Part shown: positions 36,451 to 48,500 of the stretch, one piece after another | Position numbering within the stretch: the first letter of the stretch is position 1 | How the letters are laid out: every line of letters begins with the position of its first letter | Assembly: GCA_036172245.1 (NCBI GenBank) | Contig: JAYWIR010000001.1 | Location: 9,734,001 to 9,798,000 of the forward strand | Reading direction: 5' to 3' | Origin: Raillietiella orientalis | Taxonomy: Eukaryota | Length of the DNA: 64,000 nt | The notes under the pieces: generated by a model | Databases searched by the model: none | What the model saw: only the letters and a program-made list of their open reading frames with translations | Told to the model about the DNA's origin: nothing | Program-made: the position numbers and the translations under genes

Positions 36451-38179
36451 GGGAGTTGCCCTGGGGGTCAACACAAGAGGGAATTTGCGGCAACGCGCGA
36501 ACACCTCTTCCTCCTTTCCTTCCTCCTCCTCCTACTGCTCCCACCATCCGCTTTCTGCTCTTTCCATAGTGCTCCTCCCGAGTTTGTGGTTGTGTTGAGC
36601 TGCTCCCAATGTTGGCAGCCGGGAACTGGCTCATCGACGAAGAGGTTCCGGAGTCACCACCGACGGCGTTTTCCACGGCCGAGACCGGCAGTGCAAGTGA
36701 CGCGCAGGTCACTCCATCCCCAAGGTGACCCCCCGGAGAGAATCCTTCCTAATTATCGAGGGGGTCCTTCGCTCGTCTCCCCGATCCAGAAGAAACGTGG
36801 AATTACGTCCGGGTCCATCCGGGTCTTCAGAGCGGTGCCACTGCTACGCGCCCCACCCCCTGGCTGTCTCTCGCTCGTTGAGGGGGGAGTAGCCCGAACA
36901 ACGGCACCGGCAGCGGCTCCCTCTCTCCTTCATTGGGCAAGTGAATCATCGGGAATCCCTCGTTCCGGTAGCTGCCCTCTGCTGATTGTGGCTCGGTCAA
37001 AAGCGGGAAGGGGACGTCGCGTTACCGTAGTCGGACTGCGGGCTGCTCCCGCCGAGGGAACAGCAGGAGGCTGCGCGCCCAGGGAAGGTGTCCAGACGGG
37101 AATTCGCCCTTCCACTGCCGCCCCCGGAAGGAAGGGGAGGAAAAAGGGGGTCCTGCTTCCAGCTCCACCCCTCACATCCCTACCTGCCAGCCCAGAGGAG
37201 CGCTGCGTCCCGGGGGCCACCTGGGCCAGGGGGACAGCGTCCTCACGCAGGGGTGAGAGGTGGCGCGCCAACAGGTTCGCCTGCAGGTTGGGGGCGCACC
37301 GAAACGGGAGGAGGAGGCGGATAGGGAGGGGGGTTCCTTCCCCTCCCTCACCCACCTTTTCCGCTCGGAAAAAAAGGAGAAAAGCCAGGAGGGGGCGGCC
37401 GAATGAGGTGCCCCTCCGCTCAGAGGACCGAGCGCTGCTTTTCACATCCTCCTTCCCCCTGGACCGGATGGAGAGGAGAGGAGGAGGCTCCAAGAAGTTG
37501 CGGACCCACCGCCCGCGTGAGAGGGGTAGCTGCGGGCGCGGCATTGGCTCGCTTCCCGGCAGCAGTCGATTCCGGGGCGATCGCTCCTCCCCCCTTCCTC
37601 CAGGAAGAGAGGGGAAAAGGAGGGAGGGAGGGGGAGGTTCGGGCTGACTTCCTTCCCGGGCTCCGGTGCCTCCAGGTTTTCATCGCCGCCCCTAATTGAT
37701 CCTCTGTGGAGACGCCCGTCGCTTATTAACGGCCCTGCTGCCGGCAGCGTCAATCGATCTCTGCCGCCCCTCGGCGTCCTCGGGGAGCCGCAGGGTGGCA
37801 GCAGGGGGGGTTGACACCCTATTCTCCCTCAGAAGAGGGCAGGCGAGTGTGGTCGCTGCTCCGGTCGGACCATTCTGGGTCCCCCTGAGGGGTTATCAGG
37901 TGGGGGGCGGGAGATCGGTCGGATGCGATCGCAAGGAGGTGGCGAGAGGAAGAGGGGGGGGAGGACATCCGCACCCTGCAAGGCTCCCCAGGGAATGACC
38001 TCTTTTTTGACTGACTCTCGCTGATTTGGGACTCCCGAAGCTCTTCCGTCCTGCATCCCAGGAGTGACCATGACTTACCACCTACCACACGCCATTCACC
38101 GCATGCCCGAGTCTGCAGCTCCGACGACCCCTTTCGTCGCCCCGGAGCCCCAAGCCACCGGAGAGTCCAGTGGAAACGC

Positions 38180-38395
38180 CTCCTGCTCCTCTCCCCTTCC
38201 TTCTTTTTCTTTCTTCCTCTGTTGTCCTTCCTCCTTCCTTCCTTCCTTCTACTTCTCCACCTCCTGTCTTCCTCTTCCTCCCTCCCCCTTCTTCCTGTTC
38301 CTCCCTCTTCCATTTCTTTCCTTCTTTCTTCCTCCCTTCCTCCTCTTCCTCCTTTCTTCCTCTTTCCCTCCTCTTCCTTTCTTCTTCCTTTTCCC
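38180..38395 (+). repeat. Polypyrimidine tract
   Basis: CT-rich low complexity. Confidence 0.85.
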
Positions 38396-38569
38396 CACGT
38401 ACCGACTGAAGCTGAGGGGCAGCACGATCGGTAGGGCCACAAGAGAGAGTCCTGAACGTGCTGCCCGAATGGGGAATGGGGACTGGGAAACGGGGTATCC
38501 GGGACGTGGGGAACTTCAGCATCTCCATCGACCTGCAGACACGTTTGGCTGACCCGCACTTTCACCCTC

Positions 38570-40200
38570 ATTAAAGGCAATGACGGACAATGGGCGTCCT
38601 CGTTAAAGCGTGGACTGCGAGTCTACTGGACAGCGTCCGGGGAGAAAGTGGCGACAGAGAAGCGGTACAAGGAATTGATGGACTTGCATCCGAATGGACC
38701 AAGCTGTGACGTCCTGGAAAGCGCGAATTCGGAGGAAGCGGAGCGAGGCGATGGGTCCGCATGGGGGCAGGAAGAGATCTTCAGAGCGAGTGCAGTCCGA
38801 GTGTGGAAGAAGGAATCATTGAAGGGGAACTGAGCCGTGCAGGAGAGTCAAGCAGCTTCCCTCGATTCTAGGTCCCTGGAGTCCAATACAAGAAGCGATG
38901 GGCAACAGAACAAGGGAAGAGAAGATGGGTCGAGACGGCAATGGGAGGGATGTGGCGAGGGGCGAGCAAGGCAGATCACGAGAGACAGGCAAGCAGGGTA
39001 GGAAAGTCAAGATGGGATGTTTTCTAGGGCCTGTGGAAAATGGTGGAAGGGCTTCCGGAAGGAAAAGAATGGAAAACCGGGAGAGATAGGAGACGGGGTA
39101 GAGAATGGGGCCTAAAGTGGACGCCCACAAGGAGGCATCTGTAGCTCAGGCATTTGCAGTCACACTGAGCTCAGCCTGTGCCAGGAGTCCACTCCCTACC
39201 GTCTCAAAGGTGCTTTTCCCTTGTTCTTCTCGGCTGCTTCTCTCCAAAGTGCCGGGATGCGCGGTTGCTAAGCTGTTCCCTGATTTTTCTGGAGCTTTCC
39301 TTTCCGGTCGCAAAACGCCTGCAAGCGTTCGCAAAGTCCGTCCGTCTTTTCCGCCAGTCCTCGATCATCCGTGTCCTTCGGCTCTGTTGGTCCACCAGAG
39401 TCCACCATGCAACTCTCGCACCCCACCCTGGAGCGGTATAGACTCGGTAGTGACATGGAAAAACAAGGGTGATCCTTCTTCGCCCCTCCCCCTAGCGAAT
39501 CTGCACATCTCCAATGACCTGCGTGACCCTAACCTTCCCGGAGGTCACTCCCGCTCCGCTGTTTCTCGAAGTCCCGCGTGTCGGCTCATCCAGCGTCTCT
39601 CCCAGAGCATCCGTAACACCCGCCCACGCAGGGGCGGGTTCTGCGACGATCTTCTGGAGCCGTCCGTTTGCAGCGCGCAGCTCTGACTCGGTGGCTCCAC
39701 CACAGAGGAAGGCCTGAAGGACGCGGGAGACTGGTCCTTTGCTGGGCACCTCCGAAAGAAGAGCTCACCTGGCTGGAAAGAAAAGTTGGAGGTGTCATCC
39801 TTGAAAGGGTACCTCCCGGAATGATGCCACGGAGGGAGCAGGCGGGTTCGATGGATCGCATCCAAGGGCGAAGATGGCACGGGATGGACTGGTGACGGAC
39901 AGTCCTCCCTGAGGCGCCAGGGGATGAATGATCGACCGACGGAGGCTTCCGCGTGCACGCGAACCGCCAGACAGGGGACGAACAAAAGACGCAGAGGCGA
40001 GCGAGTGAACCTTCCTGCCGCATCGCCAGCATCCGCTCCTGCGCAGCCGCCGTGATGCCGCGACCAGAGTGCGACTGGAGCTGGCGGGTCGAACAAAACG
40101 AGGCTGGTCAACTGCAGCTGGAACCGGCAACACCCGACCGGCCTATTGCAGATGGCACTTTCGGGTCGAAACTAGGTAACCTACCCCTTCAGTAGATAGG
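38570..40200 (+). mobile_element. Decayed CR1-like LINE ORF2 segment (tether plus RT)
   Basis: KEASVAQAFAVTLSS, PPWSGIDSVVTWKNKGDPSSP, and after a frameshift MTCVTLTFPE resemble P..W....V.P..KKGD.S.P.NYRPISLTCV..K..E. Later VTDSPP*G resembles VTSGVPQG. Confidence 0.6.
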
Positions 40201-41352
40201 AGGATCTGTCCCTCCCTCGGAAGTCAAGGACCTTCTACAGTCTTCCATTATCTGGTCCGAGTGCACCTTACAGAGCTCCAGGAAGCGTCCACAGCGGCCA
40301 CTTTGGACGCGGGACATTCACAGGGACACTCCGTCGGGAGACGCAAGACAAAAAAGGGGGAGAGCAAATAAGGCGGATGGGGTTTCCCGAGAGGGTTTCG
40401 ACGCCCGTGGGATCTTGCAGAAAGCAAGGGTGGTGGTGCGCGAGACGCCAAAGCACCGAGGAGGAAAGCGTACGACACGCTGCGAGCAGAGAGCGAGATG
40501 CCGCCCATTGGAAACCGTCCTGCTAGTCGACCCCGTCGGGGGAGCATAGGGTCGGTCATGCGGAGGACGGCCGCGTCGCGGAGAGGAAGGGAGTGACCGC
40601 ATCGGTCGCACGCAACCGCTGCCGGACCTACCCAAACCGGCCCTGGAAGGTGTTTCCCGGCAGCGCCTCCAGCTGGACACTCTCGCGGGGGATGCGGTCA
40701 CCGGCACGGAGGAACAGCAAACGACGGCCCGATGGCGTAAAACGGGTGCCCTCATCTTTTTCCCCCGAAGAGGCGATCGGCTGCGTTCTCGACTCCTTCC
40801 TCTCCACGTAGGAGGGTTCCAGAGGACTGGGAAAGCTCTTCTCCTGCTACGAGGTGTCCAGAGAGACCCTGCGACCTCCTGACATCGCCTTCTGCTCTCC
40901 GCCGCTCCGGCTGTAGATCGTGGCGGGGTCCGCAGCTCCTCCATGCAGCTCCTGAACAGGTCTGGGTCTTCCAGGAGCAGCGTTCCAGGAGGTTCCAGAA
41001 GACAGGTCCACAGAGCCCCCGGGAACGGAAAGAAAAGGGAAGGGGAGCGGCGGCGGAGGCAGAGAGGGCTGTTCGCGCTGCTGGTCCTGCATAGCTTTGC
41101 CGCCGGCATTACCCCAGTGCGTCGCAGTGCGTGACCTCCCCTGCCGCGACCCACGTGGGAGTGAGGAAGAAGAGCAAGCACGGGATGACGTCACGCCACC
41201 GCGGAAGGGGAGGGAACGGCGCCATCCCCTCTGCGCGACCTCGGACCCGAGGTACTCCTGGATCCCACCGATCTGCACGCCCAGAGGCTTCCCTGGCCGG
41301 GCAGGCTATCGGAGAAGAAGAGCCAAGGGTGCTGCTTCCAGGAGTCCTCGCC

Positions 41353-41525
41353 GCGTGCCAGTAAGCTGAGGTGGCGGTGCTCACAGGCTGCACAAGCGGA
41401 TATCCGCAACAGAGATACCGGCCGCTGTTTGCCACCCGAGGAGTGCCGTCTATATTTAGACCTCTGTCAACAATGCCGCGCGGGATGCCCTCCGAGAGTG
41501 CAGACTAATTATAGGTATTTGCTGA
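41353..41525 (+). repeat. Left arm of a ~172-bp inverted repeat pair
   Basis: Reverse complement of 43885-44056 with long identical blocks (caagcggatatccgcaac, gataccggccgctgtttgccacc, cgtctatatttagacc, tgtcaacaatgccgcgcgggatgccctccgagag). Confidence 0.9.
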
Positions 41526-42109
41526 GGCTCCTCGAACTCGGTCTCGCGGATAACTAAGGTCTGCTCCTCCGGAGCTGCTGACTGCAGTCGTGGGGGCGTC
41601 AGTGGTAGCAGAGGTCGAGGAAGAGCGGTCCGGGTGCGCGACAAGGACATGCCTCACTGTGCAATGGAGGGAGCGTGTGTCCGTACCTCTGGCAAGGGAA
41701 TGGAGGGGGAGAAGCCCACTTGCTGCGGAGAGTGTCCGTTCCCCAGAAGCAGCCCCGCGATATTCTCACGTCCTCTGTCCTTTCCGAAGGCACCAGGTGC
41801 GCGCCTGCTCCAGCCCCTCAAGTAGGGTCACCTTATTTTTTAACGCCATTTTTGCGTTCATCCCGTACTCCAGCTGCGCCCTTCGAAGGGCGGGGGCAAG
41901 AAGAAAGGGCCGAGCTCGGAGACGAGTGGTGGAAAGGAGGAAGGGTCGGGAAAAAATGTTTGGGGGAAGCGAGATGAGAGAAAGGCGCTGGGGACCCGTT
42001 CTGAGGAAGAGGAGCGAGGAAGGAAATGCCTTCTCCCACGATCCCCTGCGCGAGGGAGCGGCGACCAGAATCCAGGAATGCGGCACTCGGAAGTCCCGCA
42101 TTCCTGGAT

Positions 42110-43010
42110 AGCCTCAGTCACTTGAAGGAGCCTGAGACACTTCAGGTAGGACTTAATGTCCTCCATGAGTCTTCTAGTCTTGTGGAACGGAAGGGGATCT
42201 TCCGAACGATCCCGGAGAAGGAAACAGGACTGACCCGGATACCAGGACCCCTGCGGGATGGTCGGAGAGGAAGGAGCGAAGGCGAGGCGGAACGGAGATG
42301 CCCTCGTCTCGAATGACTGCCGCCCCTACTTCTCTGTGCAGGCAAGCGGGGGCTATCCTTAGGAGGAAGAGACGCACTTGCCAAAGAAGAGAGCCTCCTG
42401 GAAGGATAATGGAACGCTCAGGATCCTTTTATCTCTCTCCTCACTCCTGGGATAACCGTAAGGGTTCCATGACCACCACCCTCCCTCTTAAGCAGTAACG
42501 TGTGTGTCCATGAGAACCCTAGAGCTTTTACCTTCACGACTCCATATTAAAAGTTTCCTTGCTTTGCACCATGGGCTCTCGACCTGCTTTTTCCCCACCG
42601 AGGCCTCCCCCCTGACAAGCTGGAAGGTCCGCCACGTTGCTACTGAGTCCTTCACGGAGTAAAGTGGGGAGGTCATTCCTCCCCTCTCCCTTTGTCCCTT
42701 CCGACAGGTTTGCGTGCCGCTCTCTTTCCAGCACGAAGCCTCTCTTCCCTGATTCCCGTCCGCCCCATGGGAGTGAGTGGCCGCGTGCTCAGGAGTGCCC
42801 CTCCCAAGGCGATCGAGGCTGCGGTTCCCGTTGGTTGAAACGGGCGCAGGGAAGTCATGAAAAAGGGAAGGGGAGGGAGGGAGGAGGTCTGTGGTCATCC
42901 AGATTTGGTCCAGGGTCCTGGGAAAGCGGCAGAAACGCTGAGGAGGGGTAGTTCGACCCCGGAGGGCAGAGTGCACACGAGCGAGGTTTTGGTAATCCGG
43001 AGACATCAAG
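42110..43010 (-). mobile_element. Decayed LINE endonuclease/tether fragment
   Basis: TLDQIWMTTDL resembles the APE endonuclease motif (T/L)D.I(F/L). Multiple stops and frameshifts. Confidence 0.35.
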
Positions 43011-43884
43011 GACGTGATGGGTCATTGGTCTCGATTGGGCTCCTCACGCTGGAATATGAGGAAAGAGGCGACACCTCGGAAAGAGGGCTTTTGTGTACGG
43101 TGTGGAGACCTGCCGACAGTTCTCCTCAACGTCTTGCGCTTCGATTTCTGCTCGTGAAACTGGGCTGAGATTGCCACCATTTAAAAGCCACTATTTCTTC
43201 CATTACATGAGTAGGAAACTGAGACAGAACTCCAAAAGAATCATGTTCCGCACGAAGGAGTCCACACGAGGAACCAGAAATCTCTTTCCTTTTTTTTTTT
43301 TCTTTCTTTCTTTTTCTTTTCTCCCCCTCCTCTCTCTTTTTTATTCCTTTGATTTTGACGGCTTGATGGCTGTTTCTCTGCACACGCGATTTCCGGACAG
43401 CCAAGACTCTCTGTGTCCAGCTCCATTTCCAGGAGCTGCGGATCGAAAATCTGCTTTTATCGAAAATGCATAAAACCCCCACAAATCACGAATCGAAAGC
43501 TACAGAAACGCAGCAAAGTGTCTCCATTCGCACATGTCTCAAGCGAAGAATGACGTCACTAGAATGTTTAGAAAGTGCTTTCCACAATGAATCCGAATGA
43601 GAATTTGCTTCACAGTACTCTTCCGGTGATTCCCGAGCATTAAACGCGGGATCACAAAATAAACGGATAGCTTGGTCGAATTATTAAATCAATCTAATTG
43701 AAAGCATTAGAAATTCCTCGCGCAGTTCATTTCTGACGGGAATTCCCTTCCTGTGCAACTGAAAACACGGGGCTCTCCCTCTCATTCTGAATGCCATTCG
43801 TAGGAATTCTGGATGCTCTTTCCTTTGTATTCATCACTTTTTATGTGTGCATAAGCACGTGGCATGGGAACGCTTGCAACAATG

Positions 43885-44056
43885 CTCAGAAAATGCCTAT
43901 AATTAGCCTGAGCTCTCGGAGGGCATCCCGCGCGGCATTGTTGACAGGTCTAAATATAGACGACACTCCTCAGGTGGCAAACAGCGGCCGGTATCCCCGT
44001 TGCGGATATCCGCTTGCGCAGCTTGTGAGCACCGCCGCCGCAGCACGCTGGCACGC
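43885..44056 (-). repeat. Right arm of a ~172-bp inverted repeat pair
   Basis: Reverse complement of 41353-41525. Confidence 0.9.
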
Positions 44057-44449
44057 AACGAAACATCTGCTTGCTGCCTGCCTGCACGTCTGCTGCGGAG
44101 CCACGGAGGAACCACGCTGCGACGGACGGTCGGCGTCTCAGTCAGGGAGGAGAAGCAAACGAAAAGGAAGAAAAAAAAACATGCGAGCACACCGGAAACG
44201 CACGCGACAACAGCAAACACCCGGGCCAGAGAACCGCGCAGATTCGTTTCTCGCTCGCGTGGCCCTCGGCTCTCTCTCCTTGCAGCTAACAAACGGCTCT
44301 GTGCCGTTGCCCGTAGTGACGGGTGATTTGCATTCAAGGCAGTCAGCTGAGTCGAGACTGGATTAGTCTGGCGCTGCTCTTGAAATGAATCGCAACTCAC
44401 GGCGCGCTCTTCTCTTTCAGGTGAGCGCTTCATCTCTCGCGTTGCTTCC

Positions 44450-44760
44450 CACTCCGCTTTCCCTCACTCTGCAGATCTTCCTGTAGTCCTCCAGGAAAGG
44501 AGCAGCTGCTCGAAATTCAGTAGAACCGAGTTTTCCACTGGCAACCATCCCATCTACGCCACCAGAGGAGTCCCATGGACATCTTTTGCCAGGAGAGCGG
44601 GAGAGAGCTGGGGCCAGCACGCACTCTTTGCGCTGCCATTGCTGAGGGGAGGCGCTAGAGCGCGCGAAACATACTAGGAGGGTCCTCCCAGAAGAAAGAG
44701 GGAAGTAGTTTCGATTTCGGGGTGGTCGCTGGACCACGGTGCGCGATCCCGCAGTTGTTA
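44450..44760 (-). mobile_element. Decayed LINE RT fragment
   Basis: RNYFPLSS resembles NYRPIS and PFLEDYRKICRV resembles FLD..KAFD.V, at a plausible spacing. Confidence 0.4.
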
Positions 44761-45514
44761 GGGACGAACCTTCAAGTCCAGGAGAGCACCCACACACGAG
44801 CGGGAGGAGGATCGGAGTCTGCTTCTTGGCTTTTCCCTATTGCCTCAGCGGTCTCAGGAACTCGCTGGCAGCTCCCAAGGGAGCGGAGATTTTTGTGAAG
44901 AGAAAGGAATAGGGGATAGGGAGGTAGGTGGCGACTCATCCGCCGTTCTCCGGTGTCGCCTCCGATGTTTCCCCGCGCTCCTCCGTGAATTCCCCAGATA
45001 TCCTTTGCCTTCCGAGTCTCTCAGGAGGCGTCGATTCCTTTCCTTCCCCTCCTCCTCCCTCCTTCCCTTCCTTTCCCGCGTCGATGGTTGCCTTTTGAAC
45101 GTCCTCTGTCTGCCGGAGGACAGACGACGCACGGCTCAGAGAGTCAGAGGTCGAACGGGTTGGTCGGAAGCACCCGCTGGTCGGAAGCGAGGAGCGGAGG
45201 GCGCAGCAAAGACCCCTTCCTGGAGGAACTTGAGGTGGGGCGGTCACTTCGGAGGGGATAGGGAAAAGCGGACCCAGCAGTGAGGTAAGCGGAGACGCTG
45301 GGAGCGGCCCCGCTGCCCCTCCCCGCTTTCCGGAGTATCAAGGAGGCGCGGTTCGCGACTTCGGGAGGCGACGATCCTAGGCCGGGACGGGCAGCAAAGA
45401 TGGTCAGAGAGCCCCGCCCTCCCCCCCCCCTTCCCTGCTTGCGGTTTCCGAGGCCCAGTTCACAGTTGCGTTCGCCCTCGAACGGCTCCGGGGTGCCCAG
45501 CGTTCCCGGAACCG

Positions 45515-45588
45515 TTCTAATCCGGAAGGTCCCGTTCAGCCCGCCGGTCCCGGGGCCTCCGGGCTGAACGGGACCTTCCGGATTAGAA
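45515..45588. repeat. Perfect 29-bp inverted repeat with a 16-nt loop
   Basis: TTCTAATCCGGAAGGTCCCGTTCAGCCCG (45515-45543) and its exact reverse complement (45560-45588). Confidence 0.95.
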
Positions 45589-48500
45589 GCTACGGGGGAT
45601 CGCGACCGACCGGTGCCTCCGGCGACCCCGAGGCGCACCCCGAAGACTCAGGGGCGGTCACCGTGAATCCGGCGGCGACCCACGAGTCTCCCCGATCCGC
45701 TCCTACGAAAGAGTCGGGATTGGATCAGCGTAGGATTAGCAGGTCGCCAAATTGGGAGGCATCGACAGAGGGCATTTCCACAAAGGGCACAAAGGGACTC
45801 CCCGGCAGGAGGGAGTAGGAAGGAAGGGTTCCGAGGCACGGGACCCCTTTCCCCAGTGCCGTAAGCACAATATGGGATGTGAGCCTGGGGCGCCGCGAGC
45901 GTGAGCGCCCACCAGGAAAAACATCCGGTTCCTGAATGGCGGCTCCCGAGGGAGAGTGCTGAGGGCGGCGCTCTCTTCGGGGGACGGAGAGGTTTGACGG
46001 CGTCGTCCACCCTCTCGAGGGGAGGGGGAAGGAGGGAGAGAAGAGAGATGGCCGCAGAGGAAGCGCGGGCTCGCGCTCTGGTGGCGAACCAACGATCCTA
46101 CTGGTGCGATCCCCTGGACACACATCCAGACGGAAGGGTTGGGCTGGCCGGCGGAGCCGCCTCCTTCCTTGCGGCGCTCGCGGCGGCTGAGGGTGCGGGG
46201 GGCTGGGGTGGACCTTCCGTTACAGCAGAGCACTTCCGGCTTCAACCTCCGACTCTCCGGCGGTCGGGGCGCGCCCAAAGCTCCACGTGGGCGGGAGAGG
46301 GGCAGCCACTTGCTTCCCGGAGGAGGGACCCCCATCTCCGCGATGCCAGAGAGACGGAGCTTCTCTCAGTCTTCGGCGTGTAGGGTTGCCAGATGCCACC
46401 AAAGGAGGGAGGGAGGAAGCGCGAGGGTGCCTCGTCCCAGAGGAGGTGGCAGCCTCTTCCTGGTCGTCCTTCCGGGAGAAGAAGGGGCGCGGCGAAGGGA
46501 CGGGAAGGGAAGGAGGAAAAGCAGGAGCCACCTCTTCTTCTGCGGACAGCGCCCTGCCTCCTCGGGGAGAGGGGAGAAACCGAGCGGGCAGGAAGGTCTC
46601 CTCCGCCGGGCTCCACTTGCTTGCTCCCGGGGTCGGTCGGTTCCGCGGGAGGGAAGGGGCCTCCCTGGGACGTTGGAGCCTCTGGGAACCGGCACCGTTG
46701 GGTTCTCAGATGACACGAGGGGAGAGATGCCCTTCCGCCACCAGTCCTGAGGAGGAGAGGGGCATTGGCTGCCCGCTGGCTCGAGACCCCCGAGGGGAGA
46801 GAGCGCGCCGGTCTTCCACCTCCTTCCCACGTCAGGAGAGGTCGTCCCGGAAAACTGTGAAAGGAATCCCCCGCGGAGCTCGGAAGACCCCAGAGAATCC
46901 CCACCTGAGGAACTGGGGAGTTGGCATGGAGCACGGAAGGATCAGCCCCCGTTTACGCGGTCGCCGCGCTGCTGATCTGCAGAGTGCGTGCCCCTGAGGC
47001 GGACGCGAGGCGGAGGAACCCGCAGTCGTCCCTGCCCCCAGCGTCCGGCTCGGGGAAGACCCGAGGGACCTCTTCCCATCGAGTTCCGCAGGCAGCGCCT
47101 CGTTCCTCGGACCTTGGCGATTCCTGCCCGCGGGGGATCAAGATTCAAGGCGCCGAGGACTGGGGCGTCCTCTCCCCTCGCGCGGATCCTAGAGGCGGGA
47201 TGGATCGCTTGGCGCCCAGAGGGGAGCACGGGTGTTGCTTGGGGGGAAGAAGGAGGGGCCTCTGGGGAGCATCACCCCCTCACCGCTCTTTCCCGCTCTT
47301 GCTAGAGTTCGGTGGATGCCAGGCAGCTCGTCCTGGCTGCGATGCGGTCGCCCGCGGCCGCACAGGGACACTGTTCTCCCCCTCTTCTGCGGCAAGGACC
47401 CTTGGCCGCGGGGAAGGCAAGGGGGCGGCCGGAGGTCGAGTCCACGGTCGACGACGACCCCTCGGGGTTCTCGCTGCGGGAGGGCCTTCGCAGGAAGCGT
47501 CCACTGGATGGCTCGCGGAAGCCGCGAGCTGCCTTTCGCTCCCTGTGGCGCCAACGCGCCCCTCAGGCGCGTCTGCCCCGCCCCCGGCTCGGAGGAAAAC
47601 GGCCGCGGCGGGGAGGGACATGGGGTAGGGGTCACTCCCTGTGGGATGCCCCGTGTAGCTCGCAAGACGGCGGAGAAAGACAGTCTGGGGCAACCGAGGC
47701 CCCATTGATGGGTGCTCTCTGAGCCGGGGCGGAAGAGGGACAGCGCGGGTGTGCCCCCGACATGACCCCGGTCACTGCCATAGGCATCTGACCTTCTCGA
47801 AGAAGGGTGAAGGAGAGCCTCACGCTTCCTTCGCCCTTCCTTCCCTTAGCGCCGGCCCCGGCTGTCGAGGGCTCCAGCGGTCCTGCCGCAGCCCTGGGGA
47901 GGGCCGGGAGAACCCGCAGGCGCGCGGGAACCGGAGGCAGCGTCTCTGGCCGCTGACCCGGAGGCGGGGTGAGGCGTCCCGGGTGACCGTTCGGTCGGCC
48001 GAGGAACGCCCGCTCCGACTGTCCCGACCTCGGGTCGCGAGGTCGGGACAATCGGAGCGGCTGGTCGTCAGGAAAGGCCGGTGACTTGCCCTCCAGGAAG
48101 AGCCACCGAGGCACGGAGGTCAGGCGCGTCTCTCCCCCACTTCGCTTCCTCCTGGACAGCCCCCGGCCGGGCAGCCCCTCCTGAAAGAGGGGGGACAGCA
48201 TTAGTCACGTGACCCCGCTCCCCCACCCCCACGTGGCCACCGCAGCTCCGTCGGTTGGGCGAGGGAAGCTGCGTCTTCCCGGAGAAAAATTTGCGTGCGT
48301 TCCCCGGAGAATTGTAAATTCAGGAAAAGCACCAAACGCAATTACAGCGGGCAAACAGGAAGGGGAGGGAGGGGAGGGGGAGGAAGGCAAAGGGGGAGGC
48401 ACGCGCTCCCTTGCCGCCGTCTGCGCGGGATGGGAGCGGCGAGGAGCGGTGCACCCCCGCGCTTCCGCGACCCGGCTGAGCGTGTAAGAGAAGGGAAAAG

